From Podarcis tiliguerta (taxonomy: Eukaryota), in NCBI GenBank assembly GCA_965153285.1, contig OZ229122.1: 64,000 bases of DNA. One strand, written 5' to 3'. Positions 1-13,204 of the stretch are shown here, one piece after another; the first letter of the stretch is position 1, and each line of letters starts with the position of its first letter. Both the position numbers and the translations under genes were made by a program. A model generated the notes under the pieces. The model was not told where the DNA came from, did not search any database, and was given only the letters and a program-made list of their open reading frames with translations.

Positions 1-302
1 ACAAAGCTTTCTGAAGGGTCCCAAGAGAGAGTGTGAAGTTGTTAAATCTAGCATTGCTCAAGGGTGCAGCGATGGTCAATGTGGCGTCAGTTTCCTTCCA
101 GGTACTGGCCAATAGCTGTGGTTGTGCCCGTTTTCAGAGCTGGCAAGACTGCGAACGCAAGCCATTACCCACAAAGGTAAGGTACCCCCAGACAAATCCA
201 CCCTTCCCCACATCCAAACCATAGTACAGCATTTCCTCGTCGCCACAACTGGTGCAGCCAGTAGACCTGCCTGCCAGGCTGAGAGCCTGATGCCCCTCTT
301 AC

Positions 303-651
303 CTGTGGACTGCATGCTCTCTTGAATTGCTTCTACTTCAGCCAGCTCCATGCAGACCCCTTGGCCGTGCATGAGTGTGTGCAGAGGCTTCTCCACTCCC
401 TGCGGCGGGTAGCACCGCAGCCCAGAGCCGCAGCGCGGCGTGTAGACCCCGCAGGGCATTCCTTTGGCCAAGGCGCAAGTGGCGCAGCACCCGCAGCCGG
501 GCTCCTGCACCAGCTCCTCGCACCCGGTGGGCGCCCTGCAGCGCGCCAGCTTCTCCTCGGAGCATGGCGGGCACTGGATGGCGTCGAGGCTCACAGAAAA
601 GCCCACCTGTACCAGGAGCAGCAGAGTGATGGGCGCAGTCCCCGAGTGCAT
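303..651 (-). CDS. IGFBP4: Insulin-like growth factor-binding protein 4, coding exon 1 (signal peptide + IGFBP N-terminal domain); gene continues left of the window
   Basis: ATG at 651 (ctgcctgccATG). Translation [38 protein letters not shown]...[12 protein letters not shown]...[41 protein letters not shown] has the GCGCCxxC IGFBP motif and IGFBP4-type sequence. Phase-1 GT donor at 302-301. Neighbouring TOP2A fits known synteny. Confidence 0.95.
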
Positions 652-804
652 GGCAGGCAGGCAGGTGTTACAGGGCAGCAAGGGACCGACAGGCCAGGCG
701 ATTGCAAAAATAAAAATAACTGTGTTGCTGGCAGAGCAGAGAATCTGATCTCCAGTAGAAAGGGGGACTCTGTACTGAAGGGGGGAGAAGCTCTTTCTTT
801 GGAC

Positions 805-810
805 TTTATA
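805..810 (-). promoter_or_regulatory. Candidate TATA box (TATAAA) upstream of IGFBP4
   Basis: TTTATA on the plus strand about 155 nt upstream of the ATG. Motif only. Confidence 0.3.
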
Positions 811-1452
811 CCACTCTCTGGCCACACCTCCCTGCTGGAGGGAGAGGCAAAGGAGAACAGCAGCAGCAGCAACCAAGGCAGCTTGCCCCACAGCTGAGAA
901 AAGACCTCATTTGCCCTGAGGAAGGAAGCACAAAGAGCTTGCAGCTGCTGCAAAGACGGAAACCTGTGCCGGGACTGGAAAATAGCAGCAGCCCTCCAGC
1001 CATGCTTCTCCTATTACTTTGGTAAGTTACGAGTGCGCCTTGCCAGTGCCTGTTTGGTTTCTCTGCAAAAGGGAGGGTGGGGAGGCTGGGCTGGGGGGGG
1101 TGGGGGTGGGGGGAGAGAGAGAAAGAATAATGCCACAATTATATTATGCATGCCTCGTCTGAGGTTGTGGCCACACAGGCGTTGCATTGATTAGGCTCAG
1201 AACATGAGAATGGTCATGCCGGGTCCGGTGTTGTGGTTAGGTAATTTTAGATTTTGGATTTTAATGGGACTCTGGGAAGAGGAAGGGGGTTTTAAATTTG
1301 TTCTGTTTTGCTTATTTTAAAATGTGGTGGGCCACTTCCACTGGGCTTGGGGAACCTCCTGATCGTTCTGCTGAGTGGGGCCTTCAACGCCTGCCCTAAA
1401 GTCCTGTCCCGATAGCACCACTGCCTGTGTGATATGATGGATCCATCTAGTC

Positions 1453-1587
1453 CAGGCATAGGCAATCTCTGAACCTCCAGATGTTTGGGACTACAGTTCC
1501 CATCATCCCTAGCTAACAGGACCAGTGGTCAGGGATGATGGGAATTGTAGTCCCAAATATCTGGAGGGCCGAGTTTGCCTATGCCTG
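1453..1587. mobile_element. hAT-type MITE (hairpin-like)
   Basis: TIRs caggcataggcaa...ttgcctatgcctg; 8-bp TSD atctagtc/atctagtt. Related copies near 3070-3200, 3370-3505, 12650-12768, 16020-16375 and 25845-25956. Confidence 0.8.
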
Positions 1588-2238
1588 ATCTAGTTTCTTA
1601 AGAGTAGCCAGCTCACAAGCAGGCTCTAAAAGGGACGGCCAGCTCCTGTTGTTTATTCCCATCATCCAGGAATCGGAGGTATACTGCACTTGGCTGTGGA
1701 AGTTCCATTCTTAGCAGCTGTGGTGTCTAGTGATTGATAGATGTATATTCCAAGAACTTGTCTAGGCTCTCTCTCTCTCGCTCTCTCTCTCTATATATAA
1801 CACCTATGCTAGTGGCCATTGCCAGATACTGCAGAAAATGGATTCCTGTTTTTGCAGGTTACCTGGACAAGAGAAAAAGGGAATTCACAAATAAAGTATC
1901 CATTGGTTTTCCTTGCTTCCACATGAGGCGTGTGCAGATGGGGACCTTGTGCATCTCCTGCATTCTAGCAGAAAATGGGGAACAAGATGGGCAGATCTAC
2001 TACACATGTGCTTTGCTTCCTTTGCGAGAATGTCTGAAGCCGCTCTAAGGCAATTCTGTATTCATAAAGAAGCATTTATTCATTATATATCTGTAAGGTC
2101 CTTTGCCTGTCCTTCAGCATAAGGTCCCAGAGTGGGTTACAACAATGCAATACACAGTTCAAAAAACAAACAAAAGCCTTCCCACTGGAAGAGAAGAGTC
2201 GAAATTCGGCAAAAGAGGTGGGTCCCATGGAGCAAATA

Positions 2239-2469
2239 CAGTGGCACCTTGGTTTACAAACTTAATCCGTTTCAGAAGTTCGTTCTTAAACCAAAGCGTT
2301 CTTAAACCAAGGCTTGCTTTCCCATCGCAGCAGGGGACTCAATTTACAAATGGAGCACACTCAACAGGAAGCGAAACATGTTCTGCTTCCAAGGCAAAGT
2401 TCACAAACCAAAACACCTACTTCGGGGTTTGCAGCGTTCTTAGGCTGTTCTTAAAGCAAGGTATCACTG
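2239..2469. mobile_element. Tc1/mariner-pogo (Tigger-like) MITE
   Basis: Ends CAGTGGCACCTTGG...CAAGGTATCACTG flanked by TA on both sides. Confidence 0.75.
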
Positions 2470-2704
2470 TACCTTAAGTGTTGAAGATCTGGGTAAAGAG
2501 GTACATCTTCACCATACAGCAAAAGCTATACAACAAAGACACTAGATGCACCTCTGTAGGGAGGATGGGTGCAACATTTAGGGGCTGCCACAGAGGAAGC
2601 CACAATTCCCTTCACGTCTGAGGGTTCGCCTCTGCTGAACTTAATCCCCAAGAAGATCAGTAGGGATGGAGTTGGAGGTATTTGGGGGCCAGTAAATCAC
2701 TGAA

Positions 2705-3053
2705 GGGACGCAGGTGGCGCTGTGGGTTAAACCACAGAGCCTAGGGCTTGCCGATCAGAAGGTTGGTGGTTCGAATCCCCGCGACGGGGTGAGCTCCCAT
2801 TGTTCTGTCCCAGCTCCTGCCCACCTAGCAGTTCGAAAGCACGCCAGTGCAAGTAGATAAATAGGTACCGCTCCAGCGGGAAGGTAAACGGCGTTTCTGT
2901 GCGCTGCTCTGGTTCGCCAGAAGCAGCTTAGTCATGCTGGCCACATGACCCGGAAGCTGTACGCCGGCTCCCTCGGCCAATAAAGTGAGGTGAGCACCGC
3001 AACCCCAGAGTCGGTCACAACTGGACCTAATGGGCAGGGGTCCCTTTACCTTT
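2705..3053 (+). mobile_element. Sauria SINE, full length
   Basis: gggacgcaggtggcgctgtgggttaaacc head with B-box ggttcgaatcc; tail gtccctttaccttt; TSD aaatcactgaa/aaatcactaaa. Confidence 0.85.
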
Positions 3054-3584
3054 CAAATCACTAAAGACCATATTTCCCAAACTTGGGTCTCCAGCTGTTT
3101 TGGGACTACAGTTCCCATCAGCCCTGACCGCTGGTCTTGCTAGCTAGGGATGATGGGAGTTGTAGTCCAAAAGCATCTGGAGACCAAAGTTTGGGAAACA
3201 CTGCTTTAAACACTAAAGCAAGCACCATTTCCCTTTGTTTGTCCACTGGATAATTCCAGAGAAGAGAGGATATTCTCTCTTTCCACCTTTTCCCTCATTG
3301 TGCAAACTTGTGGTGTGTGTGTACCTCCCATTTAGGGCAAACACACACATTTCCAAGCCACTGTAGCCCAAGGGTAGGGGCCTGTGGCTGCTCAGATGTT
3401 GCTGGACTCCAACACCCATCAGCCACAGCCACCAAAGCCAATGGTCAGGGATGATGGGAGTTGGAGTCCAATAATGTCTGGAGGGTTCCGGGTTACCCAT
3501 CCCTGCTATATCCTGATGGGTTTTTCCCCAGCTTGGGACAAGAATAAAGAAAGGTGAGAAGTAGTAATGGAACAACTGAGGAAT

Positions 3585-3710
3585 GGCTCAGTTGGTAGAG
3601 CGTGAGACTCTTAATCTCAGGCTTGTGGGTTTGAGCCCCATGCTGGGTGAACGATTCCTCCATTGTAGGGATTTGGTGTAGACGTGATCCCTTCCAACTC
3701 TATGATTCTG
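3585..3710 (+). mobile_element. tRNA-Lys-derived SINE with CR1-like tail
   Basis: ggctcagttggtagagcgtgagactcttaatctcagg resembles tRNA-Lys(CTT), followed by cccttccaactctatgattct. Confidence 0.6.
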
Positions 3711-4656
3711 TTAATTCTTTTCAAGTCCACTGTTTCCCTTCTCTGAACTGCACCACCCTGTGGGGTCTTCAGACATATTTGTGTGATTTGAACTTTAGAT
3801 GATATATAGAGAAGCTAAAAAAAAAATTCTCATATTGACAATACTTCATTTTAAAATAAAAAAGCATACTTCCCTGGGGCTCAAACTTGCCTCAGAGTTA
3901 TGTCTCTGACCTAAGTGACCTTAGTGGCAATTTCAGATGTGTAGAAACTGGTTGTGGGCACTTGGTGATGATCAAGGAGAGGCATGCTGCTCAAGACTCA
4001 AAAGTAGGCTGTTGTTACTACTTCACTTGTTCTGGCTTTGAAAATAAATTCCAGGACAAAAACCTGGTGAGACCTGATTTATAGACCACCGTAGGTTTCT
4101 ACAGGTGTATGTGAGCTTCTGACTTTAGCAGAACTCCTCTGTCCAGCACAGAGTTCTTTGTTGCCTTTCATAGGTTTCATAAACAAGAGCAGTGTGTTGT
4201 TACACCCACCCACACAGCAACACATGTCAAGCTTACCTGCTTAACACATGACTTCCTGCCTCTGTAGTCAAATTAGGCACTCTCATTGTGGGTCCGTTCT
4301 CAGAATTTCTCTTGTTAGAATATGTGCAGCTGACTGACACTTTCCTAAGTGCAGTGAGTGTTCCACACAGTTATTTTTTCCACTGTTATTTCTTCAAGTT
4401 GTCTACTGTCATTTCTCAAAAGCTAATAAACACTTTAAAAAATAATAACCAAAGCTTGCATACGCCTTTCATAACTTAAATTGATCCAACTAGGAAATGA
4501 TACCATGCCCACTTTTATCAAGAGTATGTAACAGGTTGAAAACACATACTGTAATCATAATGTTAAACAAACTGATCTCATGCATATTTTACTCAGAATA
4601 TATTCAAAGGAGTTTACTCTCTGATCAAACATACATAAGACTGGCACTGTCAAAGT

Positions 4657-4710
4657 TTCCTTCCTTCCTTCCTTCCTTCCTTCCTTCCTTCCTTCCTTCC
4701 TTCCATCCAT
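4657..4710. repeat. (CTTC)n microsatellite
   Basis: Direct reading of ttccttccttcc..., ending in ccat units. Confidence 0.9.
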
Positions 4711-5220
4711 CCACCCTGTTGGACAATTTAAGACTGTTGAATCACAGAGTGATAACCTGGAATTCAAATGCTTCAAAGCTGAAGGGCAGTCTTTGACAGT
4801 GTCTTCATGCATAAGGCTTAAAGTAGCTTTTCCTCTGTGAACTAAATGTATATCCTGCATTGTCCAAAATGCACATTTGCATCACAAATGACTCTCCTCT
4901 ACTTTACCTTCTTTAGGGACAAAAGAAGCATAATGTCAACTTCAGCCTCATATGAAAAGAACCTGTGATCGATCTCCTTGCCTGCCTTTGCTGCTAAATG
5001 AGAGTTGGAATATGGAAGAAACCAGCGAGAGTTATTTAGGCTGTGTACACCTTACCATATCCTCTGGTTCCAGTGAGTTCCCGCAGCTGGCATTTGAACA
5101 CAGTGTTACCCACAACCCTGTAGTTTCTTGAGAAATACTGTTATTTAGTGCATTTTCCCTCAAACCAGCTTCAACCCGAAAGGAAAACTTAAGCCACACT
5201 CACTTTGCAATTGAGCTTTT

Positions 5221-5472
5221 AAAAGGTAAAGGGACCCCTGACCATTAGGTCCAGTCGAGACCGACTCTGAGGTTGTGGTGCTCATCTCGCTCTATAGGCC
5301 GAGGGAGCCGGCGTTTGTCCACAGACAGCTTCCGAGTCAGGTGGCCAGCATGACTAAGCCGCTTCTGGCGAACCAGAGCAGCACACGGAAATGCTGTTTA
5401 CCTTCCCGCCGGAGCGGTACCTATTTATCTACTTGCACTTTGACGTGCTTTCGAACTGCTAGGTTGGCAGGA
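5221..5472 (-). mobile_element. Sauria SINE, 5'-truncated
   Basis: Reverse complement of the body and tail of the 2705-3053 element. Confidence 0.8.
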
Positions 5473-6350
5473 AATTGAGCTTTTACATCCTGCTTTTTCT
5501 TAAAAGACTGTTTAAAAGACTCTTTTTTTGTGAAGGGGGAGAGATTAAAGTCACTTTAAAGTAACTTCTTTCCCCTCCGCCAAGTTTACATTCCTCCCTC
5601 CCTCAGTTTAATAACTTGTGGCAACCCTCCTAATGACCTTCCATTAATACAAAATATTCTCCAGTAATTTCCCTTTCTTCTTTGCTTGATCAAGCCAAAT
5701 CTGATATGGTACCTCAAGCCAGCAGTCTATCCAACTGGCAGGCACAACGGGGAAGACAACTCATGCCTGGTATCTGTCTGATAACATGTTTTTCATGTAT
5801 CATGTATTTACACACTGCCAGCCTTCAAGTCTTCGTGAATGGCGCCCTCATGAGGTTTGAAAGATTACTGCTTATTTTGGGGACAGATGTGAGCAGGCCC
5901 CACTAGCTCAGCAATCTCCAGATGTGCCTGCAATTAATCAGGGTGTCCCTGATTAATTCAGAGCCTCCAAGTGTCCCTGTTTTCCAGGGACAGTCCCAGA
6001 TTTACAGAAGCCATCCTGGTTTTGGATTTGATCCTGGAATGTCCCGCTTTTCCTTAGGATGTCCCTATTTTCATCAGAGAAATGTTGGAGAGTATGGAGT
6101 AAAGCGACCACCAAGCCAAGAAAATAGGTATCTATACAACCTTTAGAAGTGTTTTTTTTATGTTTAGTGTTTTATTATGTTTTTATATGTGTTGGTAGCC
6201 ACCCAGAGTGGCTGGGGCAACCCAGTCAGATGAGCTGGGTCTAAATAATAAAATGATAATGGTGGAATAGGGTGTCTCTATTTTCACTAGAGAAATGTTT
6301 GAGGGTATGTTCATTTCTCCATTTTTTTCCTTCAAGATGAAGAGTTTTGC

Positions 6351-6712
6351 CAGGGGTTGGCAAGGCTTACCAGCCATGGGCCGGATCACTCCTGTGGAGA
6401 TCGTCCGTGGGCTGGACTGGCGCAGCGTGACACTGGAAATTGCGTCTGTGCATGTCTGCGGTGCTGGAAATCGCTTTTGTGCATTCCCAGACGCCAGAAA
6501 TCACACCTGCAGAAGCGATTTCTGATATCTGCGTGTGCGCAGACGCAATTTCCAGCGCCGCTCGGCGAGTCCCCGCGCTGCACTGCACCGGTTTAGCACA
6601 GCATGCGGGGAACTCGCTGAGTGGGCGGCTTGGTTTGGGGGCAGCTCGGGGGCCGGTAAAACGGTCTTCGTGGGCCGGATCCAGCCCATGGGTCGCACGT
6701 TGCCGATGCCTG
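6351..6712. mobile_element. GC-rich hAT-type non-autonomous transposon
   Basis: Ends caggggttggcaa...ttgccgatgcctg; 8-bp TSD agttttgc/agttatgc; internal short repeats. Confidence 0.7.
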
Positions 6713-6831
6713 AGTTATGCAGTCCAAAAGCTTAAAAGTCATAAAGCATCTCAATCCAGTAAGCCATTCATATTCCAGAGTCTGTGTTACTTAAAAGGTT
6801 TCCATTCAGTTATTCCTAAGATACGAAATGT

Positions 6832-7020
6832 AAGAGTCGGTGTGCTGTAGTGGTTAGCGGGTTGCACTTGGACTTGGGAGACCAGGGCTCAAATTCCCAC
6901 TTGCCCATGAAGCTCAATGGGTGACCTTGGGCCAGTCACTCACTCTCAGCCTAGCCTACCTCACTGGGTTGTTGTGAGGATAAAATGGGGAGGGGGGGAG
7001 AACTATGTATGTCTCCTTGA
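6832..7020 (+). mobile_element. Squam3/MIR-like tRNA-derived SINE
   Basis: gtgctgtagtggttag...gtgaccttgggccagtcac..ctcagcctagcctacctcactgggttgttgtgaggataaaatgg. Related copies near 14882-15020 (+), 16730-16895 (-) and 25050-25190 (-). Confidence 0.65.
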
Positions 7021-8589
7021 GATACATAGATAGAACCATGTAGGACGACAAAAAGACTTCCAGTGTCTCTTGCACTGTGGCCAAAATGCATCCCTCAGCA
7101 TTAGAGAGAAATTGTGTATTGCAATAGCCTATCACATAGAAATGTGTTAGAGAAAAATTAACAAAAGACTCTTTTGGCAGGCCGAGAATGCAGCAGGTTG
7201 ACTTCAAGCTTCAGCAACGGCATCCAAATGAAAAGGAAGCCAGCTGGGCTGGGCTAACATCTGTGCACCAGAGGCATGGTGGTTTTGAATTCTGCAACCA
7301 GATAGGAAGCGATGCTACAAAAGAGTCCCAGATAATTGTTTTCATCCAGAGATTCCCAGAGCTGAGTCAAGCAAGCACTTTGCGCAAGCACAGAAGATTA
7401 TAAAATGACCAGATGCAACAACATGCTTTAAAGGGACCACTCCCTCCCACAAGGGAGTGTTAATGTCATTTTCAGTCCAGTTGGCCAGACCTTCTCTGGC
7501 TACTTTAAGCAGCCAGAATGGGCAAGGGTCAAGTGCACACAGATGGTCAGCTGTATACTTCTAAGGAATTCTGACCACATCTGCAGGCCTCACAAATGGA
7601 GGAAAAGATATCCACAGAAGTTGGACAAGCAGATGTGAATGATGTCTCCACTGGTGTTCCATTCAATGTAAAATCAGGGCAGGGTGCAAGCAATTTTATT
7701 TGGAAAGAGTCTCACAGCGGGCAGAGGAGGACTTCTCCAGGAGGCCAGAAGGTAACAAATGGAAACCTCTCCAAGCGGCAGGTGCAATGGCGGCAGTTAT
7801 CTCCACAAAATAGGTCCTAAAATGTGCTTTAGTCTGTGTTTAGTCAGATTCAGTTTGAGGTTTTCTCCGCCATCTCTCCAGCAGCATTTGCGTGCTTTGG
7901 AAATCTGTGAAGCATAGCACTTATTCTAAGTAGCGATATCTAAATGTGCCCCAAGATTCCTAACTCTCCTTCAAAACAAGCTATTTGTTAATACACTTCA
8001 GGGGTGCTGTGAACTGACAGAGCAGAAGGTGAGGTCTGGGAATATCCCAGGGGTGAGCTAGACCAGTCTGGGTATCGGACAAACACTCTTTCTGCATTTC
8101 TGTTTCCTGCATTGTCACAGATGTCCACCTGAGGGCACCAAAGCAGAGAGGGAAAGTGAAAAGAAATGGCAGCTGTAAATCAATTTCTGCCAAAATCTTT
8201 TTGGGCCTGGTTTGCCAACAGACGTCAACGCCCACCCACCTAATTTTCCATCCTTTGAGCATCCCTCAACCCTGAAGCACTAAGATGTGACATGCTCCAC
8301 CTGCCCAAAAGGCCTTGTTTTACCTGCCCAGAGAGAGTGGTGCCCATTGCCTCACAGCACCACCACCACCTCCCAGACCTATTTAGTCAGCCGACTTCAA
8401 AATGTACCATGTCTAGCAACAACTTTTAATAACTAGGGGGGGGGGGGGACTGGGGAGGGAAGCAATGGCAGGGGTGGGGAATTATTGAAGAGGAAAAATT
8501 GAAACAGCATGGACTAATGGATCAAAACTAAAATATCCTTAACTGCTGTAAATGGGGGACATTGCCCAGATAAGTTATATAATTTAATA

Positions 8590-8783
8590 CAGTGGTACCT
8601 TGGGTTAAGAACTTAATTCGTTCTGGAGGTCCTTAACCTGAGGTACCACTTTAGCTAATGGGGCCTCCCACTGCCACCGTGCGATTTCTGTTCTCATCCT
8701 GAGGTAAAGTTCTTAACCCGAGGTAATATTTCTGGGTTAGTGGAGTCTGTAACCCGAAGTGTCTGTAACCCGAGGTACCACTG
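8590..8783. mobile_element. Tigger-like MITE
   Basis: CAGTGGTACCTTGGGTT...AACCCGAGGTACCACTG flanked by TA. Confidence 0.8.
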
Positions 8784-10139
8784 TACATCAATATCTCGCA
8801 CTTTCTTGAAAATGCTCAGGCCCGGGGACATTCAGGTTTTGTTTTCATTTGCCATTTTAAGTCTCAGAACAACCCTGCAAGGTGAATTAGGCTCAGATGC
8901 AGGTCTTTTCCACACTTGCGCTTGTCCTGTGCTGAAAATAGTTGTTATTGTTGGTGGTATTGTTGTTCGATTGATACCCCACCCATCTGGCTGGGTTTCC
9001 CCAGCCACTCTGGACGGCTTACAGCATATATAAAAAATTGTAAAACATCAGACATTAAAAATTTCCCGATACAGGGCTGCCTTCAGGTGTCTCCTAAAAG
9101 TCAGTCGTTCTTCTTCTGGGTTCTTCTGGGTTTCCCTGGCAGGGCAAACAGAGAGGTGTGGATAAGTTAATAGTGACAGACCGCAGGTCAACCAGCAAAC
9201 TGCAAGGCACAACAAGTCTGCCCCTCACAACCCCCACAGACTGACTGTTGAGGTTATTTTCTGCAGTGCAGACTGGTCCATTAAAGCATTAAAGGAAGAC
9301 AAACTACCCTGCCCTCAGCCCTCCTCTGGTCAGCTTGGCAGGGATCTCTTTCTCTGCAGGAAAAAGCTCCTGTTTGGGCTTCTTGACCGCTCTTGCGGTT
9401 GTTTTGTGTGCTTTTGGCCTCTTTGCCTCTTCCTTCGCCTTGTTTGTTGTTGTCTTTCCTTCACTGAAACATAAGACATTTTAAAATTTCTAATGAAACG
9501 TCTGTGGGTGTGGAACTTTTCATCAGGCTGGATGTTAAGCAGAGGGCGGTGGGTGGGGAGAGAGAAAGCTGGCTTGATGCTGAAGCCACAAAGTCTGCGT
9601 TTTGCCACACTCTGAAAACGGAGTGGAGGAGGAAGACAGCAGGCGAGAATGGGGCGAGGCTGTCATAGGTGCTAGGCAGATTTCACATTGCACTGGGGGA
9701 CATAAGCTTGCTGTGCCTTGGATTCAAGCAGAGATCAGGCATGGCTCTGTCTCTCTGGCTTCCCAGCTTGCTTCCTCCTGCCTCTAGCTCTCACACCTCC
9801 ACTCTGGCCCTTTGTCTTTCAACCTGCCAGAAAGTTGAGGGAGAAGAGCCCACCCATGTGTCCTCTAGCACAGAGCCACTTCCTTTGTTACCTTACTGAC
9901 TCATACTATGCCTGGCTATTTCCGCAGTTGAATCCCGGTTGGGTCCAGGAACTCAAGCATGCAGCCTACCCGCTTCCCCACCCCAAATCACAACACTATG
10001 TTGGGATTATGCCTCCCTTGACCTCCTTAAGATGTTTCAAAGAGATGCTAGAAAACAGTGGTTTTATATTCAGCTGCTAACCAATGCAGAAGAAGCATTA
10101 TGCCTTAAAGAAAAAAGAGATTGCCACCAAACATGTATT

Positions 10140-11571
10140 TGTTGTTGTTGTTTAGTCATTTAGTCGTGTCCGACTCTTCACCAGAACATGCCAGGCACTC
10201 CTGTCTTCCACTGCCTCCCGCAGTTTGGTCAAACTCATGCTGGTAGCTTCAAGAACACTGTCCAACCATCTCGTCCTCTGTCGTCCCCTTCTCCTTGTGC
10301 CCTCCACCTTTCCCAACATCAGGGTCTTTTCCAGGGAGTCTTCTCTTCTCATGAGGTGGCCAAAGTATTGGAGCCTCAGCTTCAGGATCTGTCCTTCCAG
10401 TGAGCACTCAGGGCTGATTTCCTTAAGAATGGAGAGGTTTGATTTTCTTGCAGTCCATGGGACCTTCAAGAGTCTCCTCCAGCACCATAATTCAAACGCA
10501 TCAATTCTTCAGCAATCAGCCTTCTTTATGGTGCGGCTCTCACTTCCATACATCACTACTGGGAAAACCATAGCTTTAACTAGACGGACCTTTGTCGGCA
10601 AGGTGATGTCTCTGCTTTTTAATATGCTATCTAGGTTTGTCATCGCTTGTCTCCCAAGAAGCAGGTGTCTTTTAATGTCGTGACTGCTGTCACCATCTGC
10701 AGTGATCAGGGAACCCAAGAAAGTAAAATCTCTCACTGCCTCCATTTCTTCCCCTTCTGTTTGCCAGGAGGTGATGGGACCAGTGGCCATAATCTTAGTT
10801 TTTTTGATGTTGAGCTTCAGACCATATTTTGCCTTCTCCTCTTTCACCCTCATTAAAAGGTTCTTTAATTCCTCCTCACTTTCTGCCATCAAGGTCGTGT
10901 CATCTGCATATCTGAGGTTGTTGATATTTCTTCCGGCAATCTTAATTCCGGCTTGGGATTCCTCCAGCCCAGCCTTTCGCATGATGAATTCTGCATATAA
11001 GTTAAATAAACAGGGAGGCAATATACAGCCTTGTCGTACTCCTTTCCCAATTTTGAACCAATCATTTGTTCTATATCCAGTTCTAACTGTAGATTCTTGT
11101 CCCACATAGAGATTTCTCAGGAGACAGATGAGGTGATCAGGCACTCCCATTTCTTTAAGAGCTTGCCATAGTTTGCTGTGGTCGACACAATCAAAGGCTT
11201 TTGCATAGCCAATGAAGCAGAAGTAGATGTTTTTTTCTGAAACTCTCTAGCTTTCTCCATAATCCAGCGCATGTTTGCAATTTGGTCTCCGGTTCCTCTG
11301 CCCCTTCGAAATCCAGCTTGTATTTCTGGGAGTTCTTGGTCCACATACTGCTTAAGCCTGCCTTGTAGAATTTTAAGCATAACTTTGCTAGCATGTGAAA
11401 TGAGTGCAATTGTGCAGTAGTTGGAGCATTCTTTAGCACTGCCCTTCTTTGGGATTGGGATGTAGACTGATCTTTTCCAGTCCTCTGGCCACTGCTGAGT
11501 TTTCCAAACTTGCTGGCATATTGAGTGTAGCACCTTAACAGCATCATCTTTTAAAAATTTAAATAGTTCAG
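10140..11571 (-). mobile_element. Bov-B/RTE LINE, 5'-truncated and disrupted (reverse transcriptase fragment)
   Basis: Minus-strand ORF pieces WPEDWKRSVYIPIPKKG, GVRQGCIL, NLRYADDTTL and LRLQYFGHLMRREDSLEKTLMLGK are typical of RTE/Bov-B. Frameshift near 11235, stop at 10509-10511, (CAA)n tail at 10140-10152. Confidence 0.92.
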
Positions 11572-12821
11572 GTTTTACTGGAGCATAAAAATATGGAACA
11601 CATAGTTGTGGTCTCTGAATTTAATCAACAGAAGTCCATGTTCACGAAGGTGGGCAGCAGCAAGATAATGTTTGCTAGGGCATTTTTGGAATGATAAATG
11701 TGTCAGGTATTTTTAATTTTTCTTTCCTCTTTTTAATATTTTGTTTTTTGAGAAAGAGAGAGGTGGGATATATTTTTCCCATGCAGTGGCAGAGAGCAGA
11801 CGGACATCCGGGGGGCGGGGCGGGCGTTCTGGGGGTGGGGGGCCCAGCACGGGCGGGGGGACAGCCGCAATGGAACCCCACCAGGATTGCGCTGCCAGGG
11901 GTGGTGCGCTCCCCCTGCCCCCCTCTTCCTCTGCCAGTGTTTCCATGCACTGAAGAAACTTCCACAAAAGAAATATGCTCTTCCTTAAACAGTCATTGGA
12001 GTGAACTCTTCCCCAGTTCCTCTGCCCTTCCTCTCAGAAGACAGAAGAGTTTGTCAGGCAGCCTTGAGCTGTTTGCAAAAAACCCAAACAGGCACCCTCA
12101 TTGCATCAGAACTTTATCAGCCACTGGGACGGTGTTTAGTCTGTAGGGTAACATGCTCATTGACAGAGGCAAAGGGCAGAGAGATGAACTTTTGGGGGAC
12201 TAAATATTAGAACCATAGAATTGTAGAGTTGGAAGGGACCCCAGTGGACATCTAGTCCAACCCCCTGCAATGCAGGAAATTCAGCTAAAGCATCCGTGAT
12301 GGATGGCCACCCCCTTCCCGGTTCTAACCTGCTATTCATCCATCACTGATACCATTCCACACCACTTCTCTTTCTCCTGCCCCAACCCCAAATATTGCAT
12401 TGCTCCTTGAACTTTTGTGAGACAGAAATCCACATCATGATTCCCCCCAAGCCTCAAACAGACCCTTTAATGTGAGTGACCCTTCTCTCTGTTAAATCAG
12501 CCCTTTATGAAGAACAGTGAGGACTGGAATCTTCACTCTGAAAGGAGTATACATGGTTTGCATGCAGTAGGTCCCGAGTTCATTCCGGTTCTCCAAGTAG
12601 GGTTGGAAAAGACCCTTGCCTTGCCTGAAACCCCAGAGAGCTTTCTCTCTGGGTTTCCCAAACTTGGGACTCCAATTGTTTTTGGACTACAACTCCCAGG
12701 ATTAGTGGTGAGGGATGGTGGGAATTGTAGTCCAAAAGCAGCTAGAGACCCCAGTTTGAGAAAGCCTGATATAGACAGTAGTGAGCTGTATTGGTCTGAC
12801 TTAGTATAAGGCAGATTCCTA

Positions 12822-13204
12822 GGGATGCGGGTGGTGCTATGGTCTAAACCACTGAGCCTCTTGGGCTTGCCAATCAGAAGGTCTGCGGTTCGAATCCCCA
12901 CATTGGGGTGAGCTCCTGTTGCTCTGTCCCAGCTCCTGCCAACCTAGCCGTTCGAAAGCATGCCAGTGCAAGTAGATAAATAGGTACCACTGTGGCGGGA
13001 AGGTAAGCAACGTTTCTGTGTGCTCTGGTTTCCGTCACGGTGTTCCATTGCGCCAGAAGCGGTTTAGTCATGCTGGCCACATGACCCGGAAAGCTGTCTG
13101 TGGAGAAACGTCAGCTCCCTCAGCCTGAAAGCGAGATGAGCACCGCAACCCCATAGTCATCTTTGACTGGACTTAACTGTCCAGGGGTCCTTTACCTTTT
13201 TACC
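12822..13204 (+). mobile_element. Sauria SINE
   Basis: Same head, B-box and cctttaccttt tail as 2705-3053. Confidence 0.85.

Noticed and set aside
76-891. 271-aa minus-strand ORF with an extra upstream hydrophobic stretch as the full IGFBP4 protein
   Set aside because: It opens on TTG, not ATG. The ATG at 651 gives a normal signal peptide, and the part after 303 is intron read-through.
1453-3510. Long hairpins as miRNA precursors or a CRISPR-like array
   Set aside because: They are dispersed hAT-type MITEs with inverted ends, some with clear 8-bp TSDs, in a vertebrate genome.
3585-3660. Functional tRNA genes (also at 13663, 15525 and 18736)
   Set aside because: Stems or boxes are degenerate and each is fused to a LINE-like tail, so they are SINE heads.
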